This document shows, in pieces, positions 12,680 through 27,282 of a DNA stretch of 64,000 nucleotides (within the stretch, counting starts at the first letter, position 1; every line of letters begins with the position of its first letter). Both the position numbers and the translations under genes were made by a program. The DNA is from Spizellomyces punctatus DAOM BR117 (Eukaryota). Location: assembly GCA_000182565.2 (NCBI GenBank), contig KQ257471.1, one strand, 5' to 3'. The notes under the pieces were generated by a model that saw nothing but the letters and a program-made list of their open reading frames with translations, was not told where the DNA came from and did not search any database.

Positions 12680-14576
12680 CTACTGGCTATTTGATTGGGT
12701 TGGCACGTCAGTTGCCACTTTTGCCCAGCCCTCCAATTCCGTCTCATCAACCCATTCACCAGTCAACATGCTCTCTTTCGCAGCAAGCACCACGTCAGCT
12801 CGCCGCTTCTTCCCCTCTCTCTTGATAGCTTTCTTCTGCGTAGTCTTTTCGCGTTTCGTCATTTTCGGTGCTTCCACCTCATTCGGGTCCGGTTCCACAT
12901 AACCAGGTTCGCCTACGTTCGGTTTTGTTCGACCTGTGGTTCTTCGCAAACTTTCCTCATCTACTTGTTCTATCCATCCATTTGCATCTAAAGCTTCGCG
13001 ATCACGGGTACTTTCCCCACCTGGACCATCCCACGATGCTAAAACTACCGGATGGGGAGTTACTCCCGTCGTGGTGGCCACGTCAGGCAACCGATTATTC
13101 AGTGACGTCTCTAATCGTTCTAATTTCGCACTACCACGCTTTGTCGCTGTGGGGCGTTGATACCCACGGTCCAAAAACAACATTGTACGATTCCACTTGA
13201 CAAAATCGATAGCTTGACTGCCTTTGAAAGGGGCGGAATCAAAATGTTTCTTCAAAAGTGCTGTGTCCATCCGTCCCTCGATGCGAAGCTTCCATGCCGA
13301 ATGGGACGTTACTGGCTTCGCGGGAGTATGGCGGTCCTTTTTAGACGAGGTTCTGCGCGTACGGAAAAGTTTTTCCTGCTTAGGTGTCTCAGAAGACTTT
13401 CGTGCGGCAGGGGCTGACCACCAGGAGGCATCCTTTTTGTCGCCTGCTGAGTCTTCAAGGACTTCACCAGCACCCAATACTTCCTGTATGTACTTTAGCG
13501 TCTCGGGTTCGTGCCATTTGACTTCAGCATATACGGCCTGCGCCCCAGTGTCTACCCTAAGCCGACCCCTAGCCTCAAAAAAGCCCGTGAACCAGTGGTC
13601 ACCAAGTCGTGGGGCGGTGTTTGGTCGACAAAATAATTCAGGATGCCCCAGTTCTCTGCACAGGCGCGAAATTTCCGCCTGTCGTTCTGGTATCCAAGAT
13701 CGCCCTTGCAGCAAGCGTGCCATCCTTAGCAGTCCATGAGGTTCGTAGCATCGCCATACCATGTTTCCATCTGGAAGGCTTCGTACGACGCTGTACCGGA
13801 CCATCATCTTAATATAATACAGCGCGCTCACTTCGATGGCGGGCAAAACGATCTCCCATACATGCCGGGGCCAGCCCTCTCCACGTTTAAAGTATATCGT
13901 ACCAGCTGCGTCGTTCAGACCAGCGAGCCAGTCCACGAAACGGGTTGGATCACTTTGGAAAGCATCTGTCAGCCTGGAAAACAAAAGGAGGTGGGGACGT
14001 TCGACTGTAAGGGGATCTAACTGCTCAATCGGATCACTGCCTTCCCATGGCAATCTTTTCCGTCTCCTTGGTCTAGTAGGTGGAGTATGCGAACTCCCGT
14101 CCTTTGGTTCTGGACTTTCTGCTGCAGGTTTGGTAATCTCTTTTTTTGATGGCAGCCGACGCCTAATTTCCCTGGGTTCAAACCTTACGCCATCATCTGG
14201 CAAAGAACCATATCCTTTTTCCCGTTCACCGCGACTTGAAACCGCACCCCACTGCGACTCTCGGGCATTCAAATCATCACCCAAGTGTTTTACTTTCGGC
14301 GATCGGCGTGTCCAGGTGCTGTTCTGTTTCGCCCCATTGTAAGTCACCCCCAGCAGATTTTCAGCACGGAATCCACACCTACGCATGTGTTAGAGTCAGG
14401 TGGACGGGGCAGACAATGCAGAAGAGCAGCTCAGCTACTAACTTGGTCTCGCTGGTCGAATTTCGGGCGCTGGACGTCAAGATGGAAACTGACAAGAGTC
14501 TATAATAGCTACGAAAAAGGCGGTCACAACCCCCCCTCGCAAATTTGCAGACTTGAGGAGGTGCAACTGAGGACAT
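12680..14576 (-). CDS. Nuclear-encoded double-motif LAGLIDADG homing-endonuclease-derived protein with putative mitochondrial presequence
   Basis: Motifs WLAGLNDAAGTI and WFTGFFEARGRL; C-terminal LAGLIDADG signature WKLRIEG..LLKKHFDSAPFKGSQAIDFVKW. An upstream exon (ATG 14576) joins in frame through intron 14379-14442 (GTTAGT..CTAAC..TAG). Confidence 0.75.
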
Positions 14577-14743
14577 GGTGGGCAACTGGTGGTTGTTTTG
14601 GCCAACCTCCTGTCAACACATTTACTCAGATGCAGCCAAACCTCGACAGTGGTTGCTATACCAACAGGCCAAATATGAGTCACCCAACAGGACGATCAAT
14701 TGTCGCGAATTCTGCCTAGATCTCTACCACATCACAGTTCAAC

Positions 14744-15634
14744 ATGCCCTACCCAAGACTGATACGAAACGGGTTGACACCCGCCGAGGTGGAATTCATT
14801 GCAGAAAACGAAACTATTACAATTGTACCACTCCACAGAATGGGCACCCTGCAACTCATTAATGTTAGAATTCACCATTCTTGTATCCCCGATGCGATAA
14901 TTATGATTTACACATGTCCTGTACGTTTTCTAGGGATCATACGGTCCATTCAAGCCACCAATAAAACACCAAGTCCCACTATGGCTGGCTTTAACACTAA
15001 AACGAAAGCAAAAGTGCCTGATACAACCGCCGGAGTGGTTGGACGTGGGTGAGGAATGGGAGACGAAAGTTGTCGGCCGTGCTTCACTTGTGTCTGAACC
15101 TTGCCCGAGTAGCCTATTTGCGCACAAAATTAGAGCAAGAGACGAGCGGAGAGAATTTCAGCGACTTGCCCTTTCGTTTTATGGAAGTCTCCCACGCGTT
15201 ACTTGATTGGTGGGTAATTAGCTGGCGGTTCGCCTGGCATAGATATCTTCTTATTCTTCGTATTCAGCGCGGCAGATGATGTACCACAAGCAGACATGGT
15301 GCGAACGCTTCTGAAGGATCTGCGAGAAGTAAGGCAAGCCAAAGCACGCCGGGGTCTACAGGCAATAAATCCACGCTGCGTCGAGGTTCGTCCGCCAAGC
15401 GATCGCACCCACTGTCGCTCAGTTTCTAACTGACACACTCAATGGCAGATGAACAATCTCGGGATGATGGAGCTGAATGAGATCCGCCCTTTTTTTACGA
15501 AAGCGTTCAATGAATTGAAAAAATTGCGAAAACGTCCACCTGGCGATTCACAGCCAAGTCAGCATACAAATTCCGATCAACTTGGGCAGTCCCAACGAAC
15601 AGGAAATGGGTTGTCTTTTTCACCATCCATGTAA
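14744..15634 (+). CDS. PSF2: GINS complex subunit Psf2
   Basis: [65 protein letters not shown]. Confidence 0.94.
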
Positions 15635-15769
15635 ATAAACGTCCACAGGAAATGACAATAGTATCCTACGGCGCTGATCAGTCCCCCTCGACGGCAAATA
15701 ACCAGGATCCCACCCACTTAAATCAGGGAAAGATCTGCTCTAAATACAAACTTCTATGGTCGTGAGGTT

Positions 15770-17085
15770 TCATATACCCTCCTCCGGCCACAGCCATCCA
15801 TATGTTTGCCAGCCATCCAAATCCCCAGTCTGAAGTGCCCGGTATGCATCATAAAGCTGCCTAAAGCCCTCAAACTTGCTGGATTGGTCTGCCACCTTTG
15901 CGATATCTAGCTCTACATCTTCTTCTTCATCATCATCATCATCCCATACGCTGCTCGAGTTCGTCTTCGTCTTAGCGGACGCAGATGTCTTGGGTTTACC
16001 AACCTCGCGATGGATCTCACTCACTGGAGTGATGATAACGGCCGTACCGCACGCTGCTACTTCTTCAAAACCTCCCGAGCGCACCTCCTCCCATGGTACT
16101 CGTCTCCTTTCTACTCCCCAGCCAAAGCGCAAGGCTGCCAATTCGCACAAGCTACGGTTTGTGATCGATGCCAGGGCGCTGGTACTCTTGGGAGTGACGT
16201 AAATCCGCTTACCGTTGGCATCCGGAGCGGTCAGAGCAGCAAAATTAGAGGTAGCAAATTCGTCGACATACTTGTTTTCTTTGGAGTCCAAAAACAAGAG
16301 GACGGTGTAGCCCTTCTCTTTGGCTGCTAGAGTAGGGCCCAGCGACGGTGCATAGTTACCGCCCATCTTAACTTGTCCCGTCCCGTACGTCGCAGCACGG
16401 TCAAGTTTGTGCTTTATAAGCGCCTTCGTCGGAGCACCCATTCCCCCAACATAGTACTCGCCAACAGGAATAACCAGCACTATGAAGATGTATTCCTTTG
16501 CAGGAGACAATCCAACCTGAGCCCCTGAGCCAAAGACAAACGGACGAATGTACATGGCTCCATTCGAACCGTATGGAGGAACGTAATCAATGTTCGCCTC
16601 TATTGCTCGACGGACAGCCGACAGAAAAAGTTCCTCCGGAGGAGCTGCCATGCATAAACTACGGCATGACTTTATCATCCGTCGCGCATTGAGTTCTGGA
16701 CGGAAGACACGGACCTAGATAGACCGACAGCGGTTAGTTTTATTATGAATTTTAAGTGAACAAGCCTGCTGGACTGTCTACCTTCCCGTCTTTCATACGA
16801 AACGCCTTGAGACCCTCGAAACAGGACTGACCATAGTGCAGTACCGTTGCTTAAGGTAAAGTTGAGAATGTCAGGAAAAGCCCTTGTGCAGCCGACGGGC
16901 AGGCGGCCTTAACACCTACCCGCAACATCCAGCGTGACTTTAAAATCCTTGAGGAGTTCCCCTTCGTTCCATTTGCCGTCCTTCCATACATATTTGACAC
17001 AGCCATTCGTCTTCACATAAGAAAATCCCAGGTTTGCCCAGTCAATGGTTGCGGGGTCAATGCGATCGGGAGCGTAGGAAGCCAT
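15770..17085 (-). CDS. Branched-chain amino acid aminotransferase (PLP fold IV)
   Basis: IDWANLGFSY, LHYGQSCFEGLKAF, FRPELNARR, MYIRPF, PLP-binding Lys in VKMGGNYAPSL, ACGTAVIITPV. Confidence 0.92.
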
Positions 17086-17321
17086 GACGAAAGGGTGTGG
17101 GCAAACTAACGCGAGGAAGACAGGCGTGAGTTATCCATGATGGTTGATATGGCAACAGTCGATCTAATTAATAATGTAATAACGACCCAATAAGGACACA
17201 TTACTTGCACATGACAAGGAATATACGGAATGTCGCTAACTAGTCGCTAACTGGCCTCTGTACCAAGCTATGATTAGCACTACACTAGACGTCACAATTG
17301 CCTATTCTACATTCCCCCAAA

Positions 17322-19094
17322 TTACACGGTAACCACGTTTTCCAGATGTCCCTTCACAGCTCCTCCAATGTTGACCAGGTCGATCAAAAATGTATCATGT
17401 CCATACATGGCATCAAGTTCGTAGTAGGTTACATTGCGGTTACCGGCTTCTTTTAAACAATCTGCAATTTCCTTCTGCTGCCAATATGGAAATAGGATGT
17501 CCGATTGCACGCCCAGAACCAATGTCGGCATCGTAATAGGTGACAGACCTTTAACCAATGCAGCGCGATCTGAGGGCGACGCCGTTGTTGACGACAATGG
17601 CTGATGGGGGGATGGGTGAGAGATGGGGCAGTCAACCGGTTTGTGTTGCGTTTGCTGGTGACACTCCGGACTGTGCACGTTAGGGTCAGGTGGCAGCGGA
17701 TAACTCATGTCGAACATGTCCATTGCTTTTGAAATATACAAGAGGGAATTTGGGTCATACTGGAGGCAAAACCGCTCTCCCTAAGCAACCGCATGCCACA
17801 AGTCTGATTAGTATCTAGCACAGGGACATTGCATAAGCGCGACCTCCCACCTGATGGTCCAAGTATGTCTCAATGAGAAAATCTGGACACAACGCGGGTG
17901 TTTGGTCAGGATTCGCTCGTTTCCTTCCAAATCGCTGCTCCCATTCCGGGCCAGACCGATAACTGGACGGTACACGAAATAATGTATTGATATCGGCTTT
18001 AGCAAGCTTTCAGGACATGCTCCTCCTACCTGATGGTTGCAATTTGGCGTGCCAACTGAAATTTCGAAACGTTAGTCTCCGATGCTATCTTTCTTAGTCA
18101 AGATAAGACAAATGCTTACCTTCATACCAACATGAGGCGGTACTCCTTGATAGTAAAATCCCTCTCTCCAGTTAGGGTCAGCCATCAATACTTTCCGAGT
18201 CGACAAATTATTAGCACAGATAGATCGACAACGGCGCACTAATCAGAGAAGCTTACCTTGCCGTTGGGTGTGACGCAGCGCAATGGAGTAGGGATGTGAT
18301 CGAGCTGCTCCTGAAATGGATACTACTCGCCCAACGCGTTCCGGGAACAAGGCGGCAGCCGCTAGAGATTGCATTCCTCCCATTGAACTCCCAACGCTAG
18401 CATGCAGCTTCTGAATACCAAGACTGTCAAGAAGCTTAAATTGTGCCCGAATCATATCAAAGATGGTGATAATCGGGAATCGGGTCGCGTATCGCTCGCC
18501 ATTGGATGGGTCAATACTGGATGGCCCAGTTGACCCATAACATCCTCCGAGGGCGTTCGTACATATTACAAAGAATTTGTTGGTGTCAATGGGATATCCA
18601 GGACCTATAAACTTCTCCCACCACCCATCCTTCGTATTCTTCTCATGACTTTTAGCGTGACTGCTAGCACTTAATCCTGTGTGCAGCAAAATAGCATTGT
18701 CTTTGGCGGCATTCAGTGTTCCCCACGTCTCATAAGCAATGTCAAACTCGGGTAGCACGCCGCCGTGTACAAACTTGAAGGGTTCACTGTGATGGTATGT
18801 TGAATAGCCAGAAACAATCTTGTCATATGCTGGTTCTGGTCCACCGTCAAGCGAGCGTTCCCGCTCAGCATTGCGTTCAAGGCATGGGAAAGAAAGTGCA
18901 GGATTGGACGAGCGAGATGTTGATGCAGATGTAATATGGCGTGCAAAGTATGACGGTTCTTGTCGTCCTGTTGCGGTAAGAAGGATGGTGGGTCTCGTAA
19001 GAATTGTTCGCTCCCCCAAGATGAGGGCGTTCTTTGATGGAATACCGCTAATAGCGCTGCGTATTCGCCAGGCTGGAACTGTAGGTTTGAACAT
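17322..19094 (-). CDS. cys2: Serine O-succinyl/acetyltransferase (Cys2/CysA-type, MetX fold), probably mitochondrial
   Basis: [34 protein letters not shown] nucleophile motif, SDILFP, YGHDTFL; Arg/Ser-rich N-terminus. Start approximate. Confidence 0.85.
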
Positions 19095-19678
19095 TGGTGA
19101 TAGCTTGACGGACAATAATCGCCTATGCAGAAGCAAGACTGCAAACAAAGGAGGGAAGGAGGGAGGACAGTGGGCTTAAAGGCGGTGGAAAGCTTTCAAA
19201 TCCAAGATCACTTTCAATCACGTGCTCACGATCGCGTCTTGTCCGTCCAATCTTTTTGTTGCAACGCTTTGGTGGTCGGGTTTGTAAACATGGTGCGTAA
19301 CTGCGAACGTCCAAAAGTACATCGCCCTTGATGAGGAATAATATATGTATTACTTGTCTTGTCGTAGCATATCATCAGAAAAGTGACTCTTCTGCCGCTT
19401 AGCGTGGGCTTGAAGCAGGCCAGATAAATACAAGTTTCATGCATTGTTCTCTCCAATAGGGTCACGTGATACGATGTTTACGTGAACAAAGTGTCATGTT
19501 CCACTCCACCAGGCGACGATACTCTACGCGACGAAAAGCCACGCATCGGGATTGCCTCTCCAAGTTTTGGAGCCTCGTATTGAGGTTTCTTTGAATCGGG
19601 ATCGGGCGCCTGTAACTTTCCTCCGTATTTGCTACCTATCGGGTTTTCCAACCGTTCCGAGAGCATTCGCGGCTAATA

Positions 19679-22207
<2,529 letters not shown>

Positions 22208-22293
22208 ATTGTACACAGGGTTAACTGGATCGGAATAATGCGAAAAAGGATGCCATGAATCTCCTCATATGAAACTATTTCCACTATACTATA

Positions 22294-23882
22294 TCAATGA
22301 TTTGCCCGATTAGCAGTTAAGACTTCCACCCCAGTTTCCGTCACGAGCAAGGTCTCTTCGAATTGTGCAGACCTTTTCCCATCCCTTGTCACAACGGTCC
22401 ATCCGTCGGGCCATTGCTCATCGTGCCATGTGCCTTCGTTAATCATCGGTTCAATAGTAAACTATACGCAAAATCAGCAACATTTCACAATCAGTAAAAC
22501 CTTAGCACAGTACCCACCGTATGTCCGGCCTTCATGACACCAACAGCCTTATTCCGTGCGTAATGTGGCACACTGGGAGTACCGTGGAAGAGTCGATGTA
22601 TTCCATGTCCACAGTAGCTTCGTACAACCGAGAACCCTTCCGACTGGGCATGCTTCTGAATTACGTTCCCCACCTCCCGATACAATGTCCCTGGTTTCAC
22701 TGAAACGCCAATAAAGAAGCAGGGTCAGTATCATAGCGGTTAGATCCGTGGCCTACTACTTGCGTATACATACCCATGGCAATCGCCTTGTCCAGGCACG
22801 CTCTAGCAGTTTTGACCAGCCTTTTACCCGCCTCGTCCACATTTCCCACCAGGTAAGTCTCGTTCAAATCAGCGTGGAAACCATCGTACATGCAGCTCAC
22901 GTCGAGATTGACAAGATCTCCGTCTTGTATTTCGTACTTGTCAGGGATACCTAACGATCGAATTCAACAGTCACTCAATGACTGCAGGTAACGATGCTGC
23001 AGTATAATTCAGTATAACGTACCATGGCAAATGACTTCGTTGACGGAGACACAACAAGATTTAGGGAACCCGTGATAATTGAGAGGCGACGGATATGTGT
23101 CTCGTTCTACATGTGAATCCAATTAACATACTACCCTCATTCAGGGTATTTTGAATGTAACAAATGCCCACCCAGGCAAGCTTCATGTACCACCCGGTCA
23201 ATCTCGTCCGTAGTTGCTCCAACTTTGATGGCCTTGGCGCCTTCGTTTAATACGTCGCGAGCTATCTTTAGATCACATCCGATCAGCATCAAAACGTCAA
23301 AGAGAGTAGATCGTACAGGCCAACCTACTCTGCAGACAGTCCTCATCTTCTCAATTTCTTCAGGGTTTAAGACTTCGATTCGGGTGCTTCCTCTCAAACT
23401 GAGTTCACTGTATGGTTTGCCTTTTAAAGTATAGGCACATGTATTAGTTCCGTACTATACTGCCGTCAATAAATGGTTCAAAAAACGTAAATCCTACCAT
23501 CCGCGGCATAATCCGGCTTTCCAATATGGTCGGGTACGGCACGTCTAGGGTCGAGAGGATACATTGGCCGTATCTTCCCAGTGTAGTGGTAGGACGGCCA
23601 AGGATTGAACGTTTTAACGACTTTAAGGAAGAGAAAAATCGGGCATCAGCCTCTATGCCCGAGGACAGTCACCCATGTTCCAGTTTAAAGTCAAGACGAA
23701 CCTCCATTGGATAGTGCAGCCGTGGCGGTTTTGTGTTTCGCTTTGTGTTGTGCCCAACTCCCTTTAAAACATTCTTGACTACAGAAGTGAGATCCGGCGA
23801 TATCCAGCTTCATGCACGTAGGGCATCTTAATTTCGCAGGCTGCCCACAAGCTTCGCAGCTGTACCCGTCCATCGTTGTCAT
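22294..23882 (-). CDS. MAP1: Methionine aminopeptidase 1 (with N-terminal zinc finger)
   Basis: [76 protein letters not shown]. Confidence 0.96.
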
Positions 23883-24027
23883 CGCTGTTCTGGTTGTCAA
23901 TGGTTGGTCTCTCACACAACCAACAAAAATATTGAGGGGTTAGCACGCGCCCTTGTGACAAGGCTGCTTCCCCACAATTTTCGAGATTGCGCTCCTTTTG
24001 AACATTTCTTTCAATCTTGCCTTCAAC

Positions 24028-24760
24028 ATGAGCTCCACCGCTCCAGCGCCTTTGTCCCGTCAGAGTTCTGCGGCTAACTCACCCATTATATATGAAGTCA
24101 ATCTGTCGGTGCCGAAAGATCGTTGTTCCGACTATCTGACATATTTGGCGGATTTCACGCGAGGGGTCTGCTCGGAAGTGCAAGGTGCGTTTCATTGAAA
24201 CGCCTGCTAGTTTACAGAAATACGGATGGCAAGGGGATAATGTGTGTTGATCGGATAGACATGAGCTCTCGAAATGTCTAGCTTGTCTCTCTGTAGCGAT
24301 TGCGTGCTGGTGATCCTGAGTCATATCACCATGCTATCCGCAAGCTCAGTGAGCAGTGAATTGATATGGTTTATGCTGATTGCCTTTTTTCTAACAGGGT
24401 TTACGGGTGTCCAGATATTTACGCAACCCAAGCCAGTAGGACTACATTGGCTGAGCGAAGAAGGGGATTCCAAGGTTTGTTCCTAGATCTAGGAGCATGC
24501 ATATGGAACGAACTCGAATCTTTCACTTTCGAATAGGCGTACGTAACAGTTCATTACCATGTTGCATCACAAATGGACTTGGATTTGTATTTGAAGGATC
24601 ATCAGGAACGGTAGGGCCTTGCTTTTGACAGTTGCAAAAGTTTGTAGTTCTCTCCTTAACCCTTATTTCAAGAGTGGCGGTGGCCGATCAGAGCAAATGG
24701 GGCCATTTAGTTACCTCAAGACGGATCTTGCGACTAACATTCAGCACTATTGATGCGTAA
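24028..24760 (+). CDS. Small DUF4286-like dimeric alpha/beta-barrel protein (spliced)
   Basis: Spliced product IIYEVNLSVPKD..YL..GFTGVQIF..YVTVHYHVASQMDLDLYLKDHQER..KWGHLVTSRRIL resembles the DUF4286 pattern. Confidence 0.55.
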
Positions 24761-24880
24761 CCTGTTCAATATCATTTACAACTTAGATGTCTGGGAAACC
24801 CCCGCCCACCAAAATTTATACATGCAGTCGTATTTATACATTGGGGTCTAATCGCTGCCATATTCTGCCGCGACTTTGAA

Positions 24881-25524
24881 TTATGCGGGAACGACAGCCA
24901 AAGTGCTCCTGCAGCGAGGACAGCGGTGAATCTTGTCCTGTCAGAGCCATTTAAAAAGGATTAGCACAATGCACATGACGGCAGAACATGTGTTGTAGTC
25001 TCCCCACCTGACATGTGCCAGAGCAGAAGGGAAGGCAAAAGCATGGCCAGCAAACAAGACAAAGCATAAGCGACGTGCAATAAGCCAAGAGTCCGGGAGC
25101 ATGGGTCACTTTTGTAACGACATCCGTATTGCAAAACGGACAGTGCATTCTGTTCGCAAAAGCTTATTTCAGATCATGGTATATCAGATTGAAAGATACA
25201 AAGACTGACTCACCTCAACGGCTCCCGTGCATCTACCATTACAAACCCATCCACAACGTTCACTCCAATGGGCGTGTTTGTTCTCACTACATAGACGTCA
25301 GCTTGAGGGTGGGCTGTATAATAGTCGGCTGGCGCCTGCGGATAGGGGGTTCCTCCAGCCGTACCGGGATAGACATTATAATTTGGACCACCAGGCTGCG
25401 GGTAGAGAGGTGTAGTGAACGTGGCTGCTGACGAGGACGGCTGATGCGGGCCTGCGTAAGCGGGAGGCGAGTCGTTGGAAATGGACTCGTAGTTGTTGGG
25501 TTGTTTCTTTTCAGGGTTCGACAT
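24881..25524 (-). CDS. LITAF-like zinc-ribbon domain protein
   Basis: Pro/Tyr-rich N-terminus (PPAY), MHCPFC, hydrophobic Cys-rich hairpin, final HRCPRC. Confidence 0.9.
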
Positions 25525-25704
25525 ATTGAATGGCTTCTGGGGATAAACAGTAAGTGTAATTTCGACGGGAAACAGACTAAAGCCAGTGAGCCTTTTTTAA
25601 ACCTTCCGTTTTTAAAAACCTTGGCGGGGAAGCGGGGAAATGAAGGAAAAACGAAGAACTCGTGGCTGTGGTTTTGTGGGGAGGGAAGAAACTCGCAGTG
25701 ATAA

Positions 25705-25727
25705 TCAATGAGTCATCAAGGAAGTCA
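25705..25727. repeat. 23-bp direct repeat copy 1 (contains ATGAGTCAT AP-1/Gcn4-type site)
   Basis: TCAATGAGTCATCAAGGAAGTCA; copy 2 at 27283-27305 differs by one base. Confidence 0.8.
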
Positions 25728-26775
25728 TCTGCATGAGTGCACGTGAACCATAACATTCAATAGTGTAGAGGTGACAGAAACTGGCACTAGCTACTACACC
25801 AGGGAATAAACCGGCGACAACCGGTTCGGAAAAGGTAACTAACTACTACTAGGCAATTATACACGCAACGGTTGTTCTAACCGGATAACTGCCCACCACT
25901 ACACGTGGTCCCTACTAGGCCTTGATCCAGAACTCTTGATGGCATTGAAGCCAGACTCTTGCATCCAGGAGCGAATCGACTGGGCAGCGTCACAAGCTGG
26001 TGGATTTTCAGTGACAAGGCTTGGAGACTAAAAAAAACTTGCATGTCAGCGAGGTGACCTGATGACAAGAAATGCAAGAAATGCCATCGATACATACCAA
26101 CCAAGCTCAACTAATGTGGCAGTATAATAGTAGGTTTTGTTATCGGATCCGATTGGTTGCCGCTGGTTCTGATCACGGTTGCTGTCGGGCGGTCGAGGTC
26201 CTCGACACCACCACATCGGCGTTCTCATGGTTGACCGAGTCGCGATGAGGTTGTGTGGGTCGCAATGAGCGTTGCGCAGATGCTTCGAGTCGAGGATGGG
26301 TAAAGAGGAAAGAGGGAAAAGGCCCCCCTTTTATAGACCTTTGGCATGCGCCTCACCGCAGTTTAAAAAAAAACATTACAATACATGCCACACCAATCTG
26401 AGCGATAGAGGGGGGTTCTGATTATGCGATATGATTAACCGGATTAATCCGGATAATAATGCGTCCTAGTGCCATTTTCAATCGCCTCCACACTATGAGA
26501 GAAGATGTCACGTGCAATCACTGCTGGGTCGATATCACACTGTCCAGCTTGATCATCCACCAGCGGCTTTCTTCCAGTTTTCTACCTGTTATAGACGAAT
26601 TTTCCATGCTTTAACAAATATCGATAAGGGTCACAATATTTCTATGTATCGGTACTGTTTCTCTCCATGTACTCTGCAACCTCTGGCAATACTTGCTATT
26701 CTGGTTTGAATGAAAAGATCAGCTTGTCCAATCGAGACTAATGGACGCTTTTTTTGTTTTAAAGAAAGCGTACGG

Positions 26776-27192
26776 TACACTGAACAGGTCCGAACATGAA
26801 AATGCTGCCAACTCCGACATTTACATAACCAAACATTCCTCATAACCGACCATTACTTCTTGATATCTGCAGGTGCTTGTATTGTAGTCTGATAACACAT
26901 GTTTTATTAAAAACACCGTACACTGAACAGTTCTGAACAAAAATGTTGCGAACTCCGACAGTTACATAACCAAACCATTCCTCATAACCGACCATTACAT
27001 TTTGCAGTCTCTTCTTTTCGTGCTGCCGTTTTCCCTGCCTTTTCATCTGGCTTCCTATTTGTTCCAGATACTTTAAAGTGGCAGGCGTGAGCGATATCCT
27101 ATTAGGTCCAAGTCCTTGATAACGTATGATTTGATGATACTCTACTCGGCACCAACGATTCCTCATAACCGACCATTACATTTTGCAGTCTC
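26776..27192. repeat. Degenerate local tandem duplications
   Basis: ATTCCTCATAACCGACCATTAC occurs three times (~26835, ~26977, ~27158). An ~80-bp unit beginning GTACACTGAACAG occurs at ~26776 and ~26918. Confidence 0.85.
26990..27166 (-). pseudogene. Fragment paralogous to the C-terminus of orphan ORF 27640-28428
   Basis: QIIRYQGLGPNRISLTPATLKYLEQ versus ALIRYQKLGPERMTLTPILSKYMAK, with clear nucleotide similarity (27059-27130 versus 28279-28350). Confidence 0.7.
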
Positions 27193-27221
27193 CTGTTTCC
27201 GTGTATGCCATATTGACTATG

Positions 27222-27271
27222 GGGGTACTCTGTAGTATATCACGCCAGTACGCTATACTACAGAGTACCCC
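27222..27271. mobile_element. ~50-bp MITE-like mini-element: perfect 18-bp TIRs with flanking direct repeat (TSD)
   Basis: GGGGTACTCTGTAGTATA-14 nt-TATACTACAGAGTACCCC, flanked by GACTATG on both sides. Confidence 0.65.
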
Positions 27272-27282
27272 GACTATGGTAG

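Noticed and set aside
25877-26340. Small minus-strand gene behind a TATAAAAG box
   Set aside because: The ORFs are short (60-77 aa), have no recognisable motif and cannot be joined convincingly.
26830-27190. Three 22-bp repeats with spacers, superficially CRISPR-like
   Set aside because: Spacers are 120-160 bp and partly homologous to each other, the context is eukaryotic and there are no cas genes.
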